Notes: generated by a model not told the origin, from the letters alone. Counted from the first letter of the stretch, positions 48,666 through 58,345 are shown. The stretch: 64,000 nt of DNA from an uncultured Flavobacteriaceae bacterium (GCA_964636665.1 CAZWVT010000001.1:72542-136541), one strand, 5' to 3'. Numbers and translations: made by a program.

Positions 48666-49115
48666 ATGCTTTTTAACAATCTAAGTAACAAGTTACAGGA
48701 AATTGTCATTCGATTTGAAAATTTTATAGAGAGCAATGTTGAATATTACAAATTGCGCGCTTTTAAGATTTCAATGAAAATGATAGTTTCTCTTATCAAT
48801 ATTTTCATTTTCGGAGGACTTTCACTTTTTATACTTGTTTTTCTTTCCATCGGTTTTGCATTGTGGCTTGGTGAAGTAATAGGAAGTTCCTACGCCGGAT
48901 TTTTGTTGATAGGCGGATTTTTCGTCCTGCTATTGCTTATGATGCTGATATTTGGAAGAAAGTTGATTGGAAGACTAATTATTCAAAATTTTTCTGAAAT
49001 TTTGTTTGAAGAAGACGAACTCACTCCCGAAGAAGTAATCCAAAAGGAAAGAAACCGTTTACATAACCGTGCAGAAGATGAAAAACATAACACTGATACA
49101 TCGAGAAGACGTTAA
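48666..49115 (+). CDS. Two-TM membrane protein (holin-X/phage-holin-family-like naming by recall, function unknown)
   Basis: Two adjacent TM helices in the centre and a charged C-terminal tail. Lies 11 nt after the YtxH-like gene. Confidence 0.5.
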   Translation: MLFNNLSNKLQEIVIRFENFIESNVEYYKLRAFKISMKMIVSLINIFIFGGLSLFILVFLSIGFALWLGEVIGSSYAGFLLIGGFFVLLLLMMLIFGRKLIGRLIIQNFSEILFEEDELTPEEVIQKERNRLHNRAEDEKHNTDTSRRR

Positions 49116-49125
49116 ATATGGTAGC

Positions 49126-49377
49126 ATGAAAAAATATAAAAATTTTGATGAAATAGATCGTGATTTAAAATACCTCCGACTCAAATCCAAAATAGAACTT
49201 GAAGAATTAAAATTGAGTATAAACGATACTAAAGAAACGATTACCGAAGAGTTAGCTCCCCGAAATTTATTAGCAGCTGCCGTAGGTCCTTTGGTAAAAC
49301 ACACGGTTTTGGCAGGTGTTGTCAATAGATTTATAAAATACAGACCGATAAAAAATCTTGTAAAACGATTGTTTTAA
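49126..49377 (+). CDS. Hypothetical small protein (83 aa), third gene of the YtxH cluster
   Basis: I prefer the ATG at 49126 (MKKYKNFDEIDRDLKYLRLK...) because it removes the overlap with the upstream gene. Helical charged N-terminus and hydrophobic C-terminal segment. Confidence 0.45.
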   Translation: MKKYKNFDEIDRDLKYLRLKSKIELEELKLSINDTKETITEELAPRNLLAAAVGPLVKHTVLAGVVNRFIKYRPIKNLVKRLF

Positions 49378-49411
49378 ATTTGTTTAAAAACCCTTACAAG
49401 CTAATTGGAAA

Positions 49412-49437
49412 AATGCCTGAAACGGGCATTTTTTTAT
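49412..49437. terminator. Bidirectional hairpin terminator between the YtxH cluster and the convergent histidine kinase gene
   Basis: An A-tract, the stem atgcctg / cgggcat (one G-U pair) and TTTTTTT. It overlaps the kinase stop codon. Confidence 0.65.
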
Positions 49438-51137
49438 TTGTGCAAATTGAAAATGAATTCCAATCCGGCATTTTTTCTGTTTTTTGCAGTAATCATTCCT
49501 CTGTGAAACAATACGGCATTTTTTACAATCGATAGCCCAAGTCCGCTTCCGCCGGAATCTCTTGTTCTTCCTTCCTGAACACGGTAAAATCTTTCAAAAA
49601 TTCGATTGAGGGCGGTTTCGTTTTGAATGCCTTGTCCGGTATCGTAAAATGAAAAATAAAAATACTTTTCGTCTTCTTTATATACGGAAATATTGATTTC
49701 AATGTTTTCTCCGGCATATCTGATGGAATTTTCAATGAGATTTCTAAAAATAGAATTTAATAAACTCAGATTCCCTTTTACGTAACAAGCTTTAGGTAGT
49801 TCCCATTTTATTTTGATATCTTTCTCGGCTAAAACCGTTGCTTTTTCTTCTTTTAAGTTTTCCAATAAACGTTTGATATCGACGTTTTCCATATCAAAAG
49901 AATCCGGTGCCTCTTCTACACGACTGATAATGCTGATGTCTTTTATCATCTCCGATAAGGTCATCGTTTGAGTGTATGCTTGCCGAATGAAGTAATTCTT
50001 TTTTTCCTCGGGAACTTGTTGGTCTAAAACTGTTTCCAAATAAGCGCGGATGCTCGTTACCGGCGTTCGCAATTCATGAGCAATGTTTCCGGTAATTTCT
50101 TGTTTTAATTTTCGTGTTTTTTCTTGCTGAGATATGTCGGTAAGGATAATTTCATAACTCTTATCTTCAAAAAGAATGGCGCGCAAAGAGAAAATTTTGC
50201 CGTGTTTTTTGATTTGAGTATCAAAATAATTGTCTTCTCCGTGAATTAAAAATTCATGAAGAGGTTGAAATGTAGAATCTATCAATATTGCAGCAGCTTC
50301 ACTTTTGGGTTCATCGGTTAATTGATTTAAATGCTGGATAAACAAACCGTTGTGATATTCAACTTTTCCCGATGTGGAAACAAAACAAATTCCTTCTTCG
50401 GAAATCTGAATGTGTTGCAGTAATTTTTGTTTTTCTAAAGTCAGATTTTTTTTATGGGTTTCTATCTGCTTATAATTTTCTAAAATTTTATTCCCGATAA
50501 TTCCTATTTCATCATCCCCGAAATTAATAGATGTGTCGGAAGGTTGTACGGCAAAATTGTGTAATCGTTTTACAGAGGCTCCGAATCGTGTTGTTATTCT
50601 GTGGATTAGAAAAAGAGAAACCCCACCGATAATGAGAAGAAAATACAGAAATAAATTATCTGCTTTTATAAATTGTTGTACTTGAATTTCATAAGGCAAA
50701 GCCACGCGAACATAATTGCTAGGATATTTTTTGGCAAAATAGAGGTATTTTATATCTGTGGATTCTGAAAGTCTGATGTTTGAACCGGTATTCGTTGTTC
50801 GTGCATCGATTATTTCTTCTCTGCCTATATGATTTTCTAAAGTTTCTGCATTTTCAACCGCATTGTCAAACAACACATTTCCAGACAAATCGAGGATTGT
50901 AATTCGTAATGCCGGAGGAAATACATTTCGGACATTATCGATGGAAAAAGTTTGAAAATCATTGTTTTCTGTCAGTTGCGATTGGATAACATCGGTATAA
51001 ATTTCGAGCTGTTCTTTTAACGCTTCAGTTTTAAAGTGTCTTTCCCGGGAATTTTCAAACAAGGCAATCCCTACGGCTACTATAATAAATAATAAAGCAA
51101 CATATAAAAAAAGCCGCTGTCGAAACGTTAACTTCAT
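49434..51137 (-). CDS. Sensor histidine kinase (PhoR-like by genomic context)
   Basis: Two TMs flank an extracytoplasmic domain of about 130 aa. H-box HELRTPVTSI and HATPase motifs (DTGQGI, GGSGLGLS). 4-nt overlap with the response-regulator gene. Confidence 0.85.
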   Translation of the reverse strand: MKLTFRQRLFLYVALLFIIVAVGIALFENSRERHFKTEALKEQLEIYTDVIQSQLTENNDFQTFSIDNVRNVFPPALRITILDLSGNVLFDNAVENAETLENHIGREEIIDARTTNTGSNIRLSESTDIKYLYFAKKYPSNYVRVALPYEIQVQQFIKADNLFLYFLLIIGGVSLFLIHRITTRFGASVKRLHNFAVQPSDTSINFGDDEIGIIGNKILENYKQIETHKKNLTLEKQKLLQHIQISEEGICFVSTSGKVEYHNGLFIQHLNQLTDEPKSEAAAILIDSTFQPLHEFLIHGEDNYFDTQIKKHGKIFSLRAILFEDKSYEIILTDISQQEKTRKLKQEITGNIAHELRTPVTSIRAYLETVLDQQVPEEKKNYFIRQAYTQTMTLSEMIKDISIISRVEEAPDSFDMENVDIKRLLENLKEEKATVLAEKDIKIKWELPKACYVKGNLSLLNSIFRNLIENSIRYAGENIEINISVYKEDEKYFYFSFYDTGQGIQNETALNRIFERFYRVQEGRTRDSGGSGLGLSIVKNAVLFHRGMITAKNRKNAGLEFIFNLHK

Positions 51138-51823
51138 ATATTTTCCAGATTAAACCGGTATCCGTAACCAGAACGATTGGTTATTGCTTCGCCGTAAGCT
51201 CCTAATTTTTTTCTCAAACGCGTAATGTGTACATCTACGGTACGCTCATTTACATAAGTATCTTCCCAAACTTGACCGATTATTTTATCGCGAGAAAAAA
51301 TCGTTTCCGGATTTTGAACCAATAATGCCAGTAATTCAAATTCAGTTTTGGTCAATGTGATTTTTTTGTCGTCAATAACGACTTCTTTTAAATTAAAATC
51401 TATGGTAATCGGTCCTAAATCTAAAAGACCGTTTTCCGGAATACTTTCTGAATTTTGCGGACTTCGTTTTAAAACTGCTTTGATTCTTGCAATTACTTCT
51501 TTAATTGAAAACGGCTTTGGAATGTAATCATCGCCACCTACAGAAAAACCGGTGAGCATATCGTTTTCTGTGTCTTTTGCAGTTAAAAATATAATGGGGA
51601 TGTGAACGTTTTTACCTCTTAATTTTTCGGCCATTTTAAGACCGGACATCCCGCCCATCATCACGTCCAATAAAATTAAATGATATTCTGAAATAGGTTG
51701 TTTTAACGCTTCTTCAGCAGATGAAACTGCCTTTACTTCAAAACCTTCGTTTTTTAGATTAAACTCCAATATTTCCGAAATATTTTGATCGTCGTCAACC
51801 AATAAAATTTTTTGTGTATCCAT
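51134..51823 (-). CDS. OmpR/PhoB-family response regulator (PhoB-like by context)
   Basis: I prefer the ATG at 51823 (MDTQKILLVDDD); the track start at 51865 is a TTG. Receiver domain (LLDVMMGG, K in PKPF) plus winged-helix output (RTVDVHITRLRKKL). Confidence 0.9.
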   Translation of the reverse strand: MDTQKILLVDDDQNISEILEFNLKNEGFEVKAVSSAEEALKQPISEYHLILLDVMMGGMSGLKMAEKLRGKNVHIPIIFLTAKDTENDMLTGFSVGGDDYIPKPFSIKEVIARIKAVLKRSPQNSESIPENGLLDLGPITIDFNLKEVVIDDKKITLTKTEFELLALLVQNPETIFSRDKIIGQVWEDTYVNERTVDVHITRLRKKLGAYGEAITNRSGYGYRFNLENI

Positions 51824-51880
51824 TTGTGTTTCAGTATTTGAACGATAAAGATTCTTTTCGTTCAATTTGTTTTAAAAATA

Positions 51881-51888
51881 CAAAGATA
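51881..51888 (-). promoter_or_regulatory. -7 promoter box TATCTTTG (minus strand) upstream of the response-regulator gene
   Basis: Plus-strand CAAAGATA, 57 nt upstream of the ATG at 51823. Confidence 0.45.
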
Positions 51889-51895
51889 TTGTCTC

Positions 51896-51942
51896 AAATA
51901 AAAAATAAGAGAATGCGTAAATTTTCATTTGCGCATTCTCTT
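51896..51942 (-). terminator. Rho-independent terminator after the lipoprotein gene
   Basis: Perfect 11-bp stem aagagaatgcg / cgcattctctt, followed on the minus strand by ATTTTTTATTT. Confidence 0.75.
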
Positions 51943-51976
51943 TAGCTAATTAAACAATTATGAGGCTATCACTTAT

Positions 51977-53170
51977 TTAGAAATTATAGTTTGTCCAAGC
52001 AAAAATTGAGGTTGGACATCCTGTATTTCCGGATTCAATTACAGCTCCCGGGAATCCTTCTTCTGGATTAATCGTTTTTCCGATATGATTATTTGTTAAT
52101 TGGTTTGTAAGACTTACAAAAGAATCTGAATCTCCTGTTCCTTTTCCGTCAGTGAAATCAATTATATCAATGGCGGTTCCTGTTCCTTTGACCAATGCAT
52201 TGGTAATGTGTGCTTTTGCGCCTCGGCGTATTTTAATTACATCTTGCATTTTATTGGTTACGTTGGAAGGATCGTTGTCATTGGCTTTGCTTAATCGCAA
52301 ATCGAAAGTGATGTTTCTGATTACAAAATCTGATTGTCCTGATTGTGAAGGGAAATTTCCATCCAAGTTTCCGTCGGCTTCAATTCCTCTCGGGTCAGAT
52401 TCCGAGCTTGTAAATCCCGGTTCCCAAATTCCATAGGCATTTTCCAGTGTTCCGGTATATCCTTGTGTAAAGTCAAACATATCGTCATCAGAATTTACTA
52501 CAAGAAGATTGGTAACGTTTACAGTTCCTCCAAAAAATTCGATTCCATCGTCTGCCGCATTGCTAACATAGATATTTTCAATTTTAGTTCCGTTTCCTAC
52601 ACCGTTTAATGTCAGTCCGTTATGCTCAACATCTGCACTCGAACGCGCGCCGGTATAATCTAAAATAAGATAAGTCAGCACACCCGAGTTGTCGCTTGGA
52701 TTGGAACCTCCGTATTCAAAAGCCGAACTAATTTCCGTACTTCCGATAGTTCCACCTGCCAAAGGCGCATAACCGTTAATGATGAGTCCGCCCCAGTGTC
52801 CTTCTTCTGCATTGGCGATATCGGCAGTCATCACTACAGGTGCATCGGCAGTTCCGTTTGCAAATATTTTTCCGCCTTGTAAAACTAAAATGTAATTGTT
52901 GAATCCTCTTCTTGCTTCAATTCTCGTTCCCGCAGGAATGGTTAATGAAGCTCCGTCTTCAACAATTACAGGACCTGTAATGGTGTAGGTTATGGATGAA
53001 TCCAAAGTTTTGTTTTCTGTGATGCTTCCTACTAATTCCGAAGCTGTCGGAGGAGTTTCTGATCCACCGTTTCCGTTGTCGTCATTTGAACACGAGACTA
53101 AAGTTATTGCTATTATTAGTGCTGCAATAGGGCTAAAACGCATGATTTTCTTTTTAAAATTCATAGTCAT
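51977..53170 (-). CDS. Uncharacterised lipoprotein with parallel beta-helix-like repeats
   Basis: Start at 53170 or 53164 gives MTMNFKKKIMRFSPIAALIIAITLVSC (lipobox), followed by SNDDNG (acidic, export-signal-like). Repeated G-x-hydrophobic-x-N rungs (GGKIFANGT, GGLIINGYA, LTLNGVGNGTKIENIYVSN, GGTVNVTNLLVVNS). Confidence 0.7.
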   Translation of the reverse strand: MTMNFKKKIMRFSPIAALIIAITLVSCSNDDNGNGGSETPPTASELVGSITENKTLDSSITYTITGPVIVEDGASLTIPAGTRIEARRGFNNYILVLQGGKIFANGTADAPVVMTADIANAEEGHWGGLIINGYAPLAGGTIGSTEISSAFEYGGSNPSDNSGVLTYLILDYTGARSSADVEHNGLTLNGVGNGTKIENIYVSNAADDGIEFFGGTVNVTNLLVVNSDDDMFDFTQGYTGTLENAYGIWEPGFTSSESDPRGIEADGNLDGNFPSQSGQSDFVIRNITFDLRLSKANDNDPSNVTNKMQDVIKIRRGAKAHITNALVKGTGTAIDIIDFTDGKGTGDSDSFVSLTNQLTNNHIGKTINPEEGFPGAVIESGNTGCPTSIFAWTNYNF

Positions 53171-53258
53171 TCCTGTTAAGGGTTTAAATAAAAATTGGTT
53201 TTTGTTTATTAATTTCATTTTCAATTATTTACTTGATTTTATTTGTGCCAAAATTCCT

Positions 53259-53345
53259 ATTGTCTTGTTACATTGTCTTTGAATTATTATTATCATTTTG
53301 TTACATTTTTGAGCTGTTTTTGAAAGCTTTACACAAAAATGTTAC
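53259..53345. promoter_or_regulatory. Cluster of TGTTAC(A) motifs between the TonB receptor and lipoprotein genes
   Basis: TTGTTACAT occurs at 53265-53273 and 53298-53306, exactly 33 bp apart. TGTTAC occurs at 53340-53345. ATTGTCT flanks the first site on both sides. Confidence 0.35.
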
Positions 53346-53347
53346 TG

Positions 53348-56044
53348 TTAGATTTCAAAACTGAATCCAAGACTGAAATTAATTCCTCGATTAAATTTGT
53401 TGAGTGTTATTTTTTCGTTGGAACTGCTTATTTTCCTCGTAAGTTCTATAGGAGAATCTAAAAGATTGGTCACTTTTAAACTTACTCCCATCTTATTTGA
53501 AAATTTATAAGATGAAATTAAATTAAGCGTTGCTGTGCCTTCTTCCATAATATCCTCATACCCGATTGTCCCGATGGTATGAATGCGGTCACTGAAATAA
53601 TTAAACACCACAGAAGTTGTCCATTCATTTCCTTTGTTGGAATATTGGTGAGTTAAATCGGCATTGATGAGAATCGGCGACGCACCTTCCAATTCCGAAG
53701 TTCGTTCTTGAGTGTTGGTCAAATTTAATTTGGTAGCGGTTAAAATGTAGGAGGCATTTGTTCCTAAGGATAATTTATTGCTTCTTTGACTTTCAACATC
53801 TTCTGCGGCTAAAATGTTTTTGCGGATTTCAATTTCCACACCCATAACGTCTGCCACATCACTGATGTTTTCATAAGTCAACAGTCCTGCGGAATTTCCT
53901 TTGTCCACACGACCTATCGGGTTTTCAATTCGTTTGTAAAAAACAGTTCCCGATAGCAATTCCGAAGGACTTAGGTAATTATCCCATCGGAAGTCGATGT
54001 TGTAATTATCCGAAGGCAAAAGGTTGGGATTTCCTTCACTCGCAAAACTGATGTTGACATACTGAAAAGGAGAAATTTCCTTGGATTGCGGTAAGGTGTA
54101 TGTTTTGCTTGCACCAAATCGGAGTGAGTTTTTATCGTTTAAATCGTATTTTAAGTTCAAACTCGGTAAATAATAAGGATTCACAATACTGTTTGCTCCC
54201 ATTTGTCCCGGAACGTCATATTCAACATTGAGATCTACAAAATCCATTCTGAATCCGAGATTTGCGCTGAAAGCTTCAGTAAATTGATAATTTCCCTGAG
54301 CAAAAACAGCGTGATTGTTTTTCGTAACGACATAACTGTTCGGATTGCTTTGGGTCAGACTAAACAAGTTATTTCGATAGTTTTCTTTGTTATAAAGTTG
54401 ATCCAATGAAAAATCATCCAATGAAATATCACCCGGAATATGTGAAAAGTTATATTCTATCGATTCAAAATCATTGGTAGAAAACTGACCGTGATAGCCC
54501 AATAAAATTTTTGAATTGCCACTTTCTAAAGCATCATTTATGGAATAATCAAGAATGAATTTGGCATTGTAATCGTGTTCTGAAAGTTCCGAGAAAAATC
54601 GTTTTTGACGATTGCTTCCGGTCAATCCGAAAGTTCCATTTTCTTTTTCAGACAAATAATTTTCACGACGGTCAGGCTCCAAACCACGGATGGTGTTTAA
54701 TGAAAAATCTGCAGTTAAATCGAACTTGTCATTCAATTGCCATCTCGATAAAAGTTGGTGGGTAAACAAAAGGTTTTCATTTATTTGCTGACGTCTGCTA
54801 AATCCACTTTCGTTGTAAGAATCTTGAAATTTCTCTGAATGCCTTCCCAAATAATCTCCCACATATTGATGAGTCGCATGAAGCATCATAAAATTATAAG
54901 CAATTGAGTGTTTGTTGTTTATGTCGTAATTGATATTTGCCAAGGCTAATTGATTTGTCTTATTTCCATATCTTTTTCCGATTTGATTTTGATAAATCGT
55001 TCCGTTGCTTGTCATATTTTTCACGACTTCTTCTGTAAACATATTTTCAACGGAATGGTTTGCCACTACATAAAAAGTCAACGGATTATTTCCCATTAAA
55101 AATCGTTTCCCTCCGGAAATTCTGAAGCTGTGATTTATAGGCGTAGAAAGGGAGGAGGGATCCAAACTGTTGGGAAAATCAAAAAGTCCCTGAGTCGGTT
55201 GTAGTGAATTTGAAAAACCGAAATAGTCAGCTCCATCGGGATTGTAAAAAGTTTCGCCTAAGGTATTAGAGTTGAAACCTCCGGAAATACTGAAATCCAG
55301 AGCGCGTCTTCCGACTAATTCTTTAGAGCTGATATCGATAATTGCACCGCCGACATCTCCGCTATATGAAGAAGTAAAAACTTTTTCGACGCCGATATTT
55401 TTAATAACATCCGATTCAAAAATCGAAAGTGAAATGTTTTTGTATTCCGGATCTTCGGAAGGAATTGGGAGGCCGTTAAGCAGGGTAGCGTTGTAGCGGT
55501 CGCCCAAACCGCGGACAAAAATATTTTTTACGCCTTCCTGTTTGGATATTCCTGAAACTGATGATACGGCAGCTTGTGCATCGCTGATTCCTTTTCGTGA
55601 CAGTTCCGAAGCACCGATACTTTGCGTTGCTGAAATGGCATTTCTCCGATCCAGAAGCAAGGCTGTTTCGGTTTCTCGATTGGCTTTCGTCACAATTCCG
55701 ACAGCTTCTAAAGTGTTATATTGACTTTCTAATTCTATGTCAATACGAACCTTCTCTCCGGATTGAATTGCAATATTTTCAACCGTTTTGGTTTCGTAGG
55801 AAATGTAAGAGCCCAAAAGGTTATAATTTCCCGGACGAACATTGGCTATAACGTAATTTCCATCCATATCGACCATTGCGCCCACGGTAGTACCTTCTAA
55901 AATAATAGAAGCTCCAAAAAGCGGTTCTTTTGTGTCTTTGTCTATTACGCGCCCTTCAATGATTGCGGATTGTCCAAAAACAAATCCGGCATTTAAAAAC
56001 ACAAAAAAGAATACAGATAGTCTGAATAAATTATTTTTAATCAT
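53348..56044 (-). CDS. TonB-dependent receptor with carboxypeptidase-regulatory-like N-terminal domain
   Basis: Signal peptide, CarboxypepD_reg-like segment (IEGRVIDKDTKEPLFGASI...DMDGNYVI), plug (NIFVRGLGDRYN), long barrel and terminal F; 898 aa. No SusD-like partner. Confidence 0.85.
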   Translation of the reverse strand: MIKNNLFRLSVFFFVFLNAGFVFGQSAIIEGRVIDKDTKEPLFGASIILEGTTVGAMVDMDGNYVIANVRPGNYNLLGSYISYETKTVENIAIQSGEKVRIDIELESQYNTLEAVGIVTKANRETETALLLDRRNAISATQSIGASELSRKGISDAQAAVSSVSGISKQEGVKNIFVRGLGDRYNATLLNGLPIPSEDPEYKNISLSIFESDVIKNIGVEKVFTSSYSGDVGGAIIDISSKELVGRRALDFSISGGFNSNTLGETFYNPDGADYFGFSNSLQPTQGLFDFPNSLDPSSLSTPINHSFRISGGKRFLMGNNPLTFYVVANHSVENMFTEEVVKNMTSNGTIYQNQIGKRYGNKTNQLALANINYDINNKHSIAYNFMMLHATHQYVGDYLGRHSEKFQDSYNESGFSRRQQINENLLFTHQLLSRWQLNDKFDLTADFSLNTIRGLEPDRRENYLSEKENGTFGLTGSNRQKRFFSELSEHDYNAKFILDYSINDALESGNSKILLGYHGQFSTNDFESIEYNFSHIPGDISLDDFSLDQLYNKENYRNNLFSLTQSNPNSYVVTKNNHAVFAQGNYQFTEAFSANLGFRMDFVDLNVEYDVPGQMGANSIVNPYYLPSLNLKYDLNDKNSLRFGASKTYTLPQSKEISPFQYVNISFASEGNPNLLPSDNYNIDFRWDNYLSPSELLSGTVFYKRIENPIGRVDKGNSAGLLTYENISDVADVMGVEIEIRKNILAAEDVESQRSNKLSLGTNASYILTATKLNLTNTQERTSELEGASPILINADLTHQYSNKGNEWTTSVVFNYFSDRIHTIGTIGYEDIMEEGTATLNLISSYKFSNKMGVSLKVTNLLDSPIELTRKISSSNEKITLNKFNRGINFSLGFSFEI

Positions 56045-56217
56045 CAGATAATGAAAGATTTAAATTTTGGTGCAAAGGTCGGATGCAGTTGTTTCTAAAC
56101 TGTTACGATAAAACTTCACTTCAATTAATTTTTATAACACTTCCCGGAATTAAGAATCCTAAATGGAGAGTTTTTTAACAGAAATAAAAAGGGAAGGAAT
56201 TAGTGCGTAACAAAAAA

Positions 56218-56844
56218 TTAAAGATTAGAAATAATGGTAATGATTGAGGAGCTGATGTATTCAATTCCGATTGCAATGACAATAAATCCCACGATGCGCG
56301 AAATGGCATTTAAACCGGAAGCGCCTAAAAGTTTGACGATGTAGTGTGAATTCCTGAGCATTAGGTAGATGAGCATACACACTAATACCAAAGCACTCAT
56401 GATAATTAGCTGTTCTGCGAAGTGGATAAATTCCTTTTGCAATGAAATCAACAACGAAATTGTTCCCGGACCTGCCAACATAGGAATTGCCAGCGGTGTG
56501 ATTGAAATTGAATCCCGTGTGTGTATGTCCTTTTTTATTGACGCATTTTCAAGCCCTTTATGTTTGTTAAAACTACCCGTCAATAACGAAAATCCGGAGG
56601 AAGCTATTACAAGTCCGCCGGCAATGCGTAAAGATTCGATTGATATTCCAAAGAAAATCAGCAGGTATCTCCCGATAAAAAATGCAAGTAATAAGATGAC
56701 AAACGCATTAATTGCAGTTAATAAAGAGGTTTTATTTTTATCTTTCCGGGAGTCTTCCTGAGTTAATGCGACAAAAATTGGAACAGTTCCCAAGGGGTTC
56801 ATTACGGAGAACACACTTGCAAAAACAATTAAGAATAATTCCAT
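56218..56844 (-). CDS. MarC-family (UPF0056) integral membrane protein
   Basis: Six TM helices and a MarC-like N-terminus (FSVMNPLGTVPIF); 208 aa. Confidence 0.75.
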   Translation of the reverse strand: MELFLIVFASVFSVMNPLGTVPIFVALTQEDSRKDKNKTSLLTAINAFVILLLAFFIGRYLLIFFGISIESLRIAGGLVIASSGFSLLTGSFNKHKGLENASIKKDIHTRDSISITPLAIPMLAGPGTISLLISLQKEFIHFAEQLIIMSALVLVCMLIYLMLRNSHYIVKLLGASGLNAISRIVGFIVIAIGIEYISSSIITIISNL

Positions 56845-56894
56845 TTGGAGGTTAATTGTTTTTATATAAAATGCTGAATTTCAACCTGCTAAAA

Positions 56895-57578
56895 TTATTC
56901 AAGTTTTCCTTTGTGTTTAAGCACTTTAGCATCGAGGAAAAAGACAATTTCTTCAACGATGTTTCCGGAATGATCTCCAAAACGCTCCAATTTTCGAATT
57001 AAAAGAATCAATTTTAATCCGCATAAAGCATCCTTTGGATTTTTAATTACATACGATTCCAATCGTTCAAATGCCATCTTGTATATCCGATTTACTTCTT
57101 TGTCTTTTTTAAGAATTTTCCGAGAGGACTTTGTTTCTTCCAAATCAAAAATTACCAAAGCATTTGTAATCATGTTAAGCAATACACCGAACATTTTTTC
57201 GATTTCCAGTTCTTCAATCAGTTCATTATCGATGTTATTACAATCTCTCTCGATGATATGATGCGCAATTCCTTCGGCATAATCGCCGATTCTTTCGAGG
57301 CTAATGCTTATTTTCATGATAGAAAGAACCAAACGCAAATCGATGGCAACGGGATTGTAGAGTGCGATGTAGTTTTCGCAATTGCGTTCTACTTTTAATT
57401 CCAGAGAATTTACCCTTTTTTCAGTTTGGGCGATTTCCAAAGCAAGCTCCACATCGTTATTTAAAAAAGCAGTTCTTGCTTTTTCTAATTGTGAAATTAC
57501 CAATCTCCACATCTGGATGATTTCGTCTTTCAATAATTTTAATTCTTCTTCTTTGTGATTCATTCGATTCAATTTCAA
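56895..57578 (-). CDS. phoU: Phosphate signalling complex protein PhoU
   Basis: Two PhoU repeats (ERIGDYAEGIA and ERFGDHSGNIVEEI). Directly downstream of pstB. Confidence 0.85.
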   Translation of the reverse strand: MKLNRMNHKEEELKLLKDEIIQMWRLVISQLEKARTAFLNNDVELALEIAQTEKRVNSLELKVERNCENYIALYNPVAIDLRLVLSIMKISISLERIGDYAEGIAHHIIERDCNNIDNELIEELEIEKMFGVLLNMITNALVIFDLEETKSSRKILKKDKEVNRIYKMAFERLESYVIKNPKDALCGLKLILLIRKLERFGDHSGNIVEEIVFFLDAKVLKHKGKLE

Positions 57579-57589
57579 TTTGTTATTAA

Positions 57590-58336
57590 TTAACCAAATC
57601 TTCCCGTGATGTAATTTTGCGTGGTTTCTTTCTCAGGGTTTAGAAACATCTTTTTTGTATTGCTGTATTCGATGAGTTCGCCAAGCATAAAAAATCCGGT
57701 ATTGTCGCTGACTCTTGCTGCTTGTTGCATATTATGCGTAACAATGACAATGGTATATTGATTTTTTAAATTGTGAATTAATTCCTCAATTTTTGAAGTT
57801 GAAATTGGATCCAGCGCAGAAGCAGGTTCATCCATGAGTATAATTGAAGGTTTTACAGCCAACGCTCTGGCGATACACAAGCGTTGTTGTTGTCCGCCGG
57901 AAAGTTCGTAGGCAGATTTGTTTAGTTTATCTTTAACTTCATCCCATAAAGCTGCATCTTTTAAAGATTCTTCCACGCGTTGTTCGATAAAGCTTTTATC
58001 TCCCATATCGTTTACGCGAAGACCATAAGCAACATTTTCAAAAATAGATTTCGGAAAAGGATTCGGTTTTTGAAAAACCATTCCCACGTCTTTTCTTAAA
58101 CTATCGATATTTATCGATTTGTCGTAGATGCTTTTTCCGTTTATCAGACATTCACCTTCCATCCGTGTGTCTTTGATTAAATCGTTCATTCGGTTGAAAA
58201 TGCGTAGAAAGGTAGATTTTCCACATCCCGAAGGTCCAATAAAAGCGGTGACGGTTTTCGGTTCAATTTTCATGCTTATGTTTTTAAGTGCTTGAAAATC
58301 GCCGTAATAAAAGTTGATATTTTTAGCTTCAATCAT
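57590..58336 (-). CDS. pstB: Phosphate ABC transporter ATP-binding protein
   Basis: Walker [10 protein letters not shown], signature LSGGQQQR, Walker B ILMDEP. PstB-like throughout; 248 aa. Confidence 0.95.
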   Translation of the reverse strand: MIEAKNINFYYGDFQALKNISMKIEPKTVTAFIGPSGCGKSTFLRIFNRMNDLIKDTRMEGECLINGKSIYDKSINIDSLRKDVGMVFQKPNPFPKSIFENVAYGLRVNDMGDKSFIEQRVEESLKDAALWDEVKDKLNKSAYELSGGQQQRLCIARALAVKPSIILMDEPASALDPISTSKIEELIHNLKNQYTIVIVTHNMQQAARVSDNTGFFMLGELIEYSNTKKMFLNPEKETTQNYITGRFG

Positions 58337-58345
58337 GTTTTGTCT

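Noticed and set aside
48666-49115. A holin-like two-TM protein as a hint of a prophage or lysis cassette.
   Set aside because: There is no endolysin, spanin, or phage structural or integrase gene nearby. It sits in a tight operon with a YtxH-like gene and is bounded by its own promoter and terminator.
51824-51865. N-terminal extension of the response regulator (TTG start at 51865), and likewise of the lipoprotein (TTG at 53224).
   Set aside because: Internal ATG starts give a canonical receiver N-terminus (MDTQKILLVDDD) and a canonical lipoprotein signal peptide. The extensions add non-functional-looking residues.
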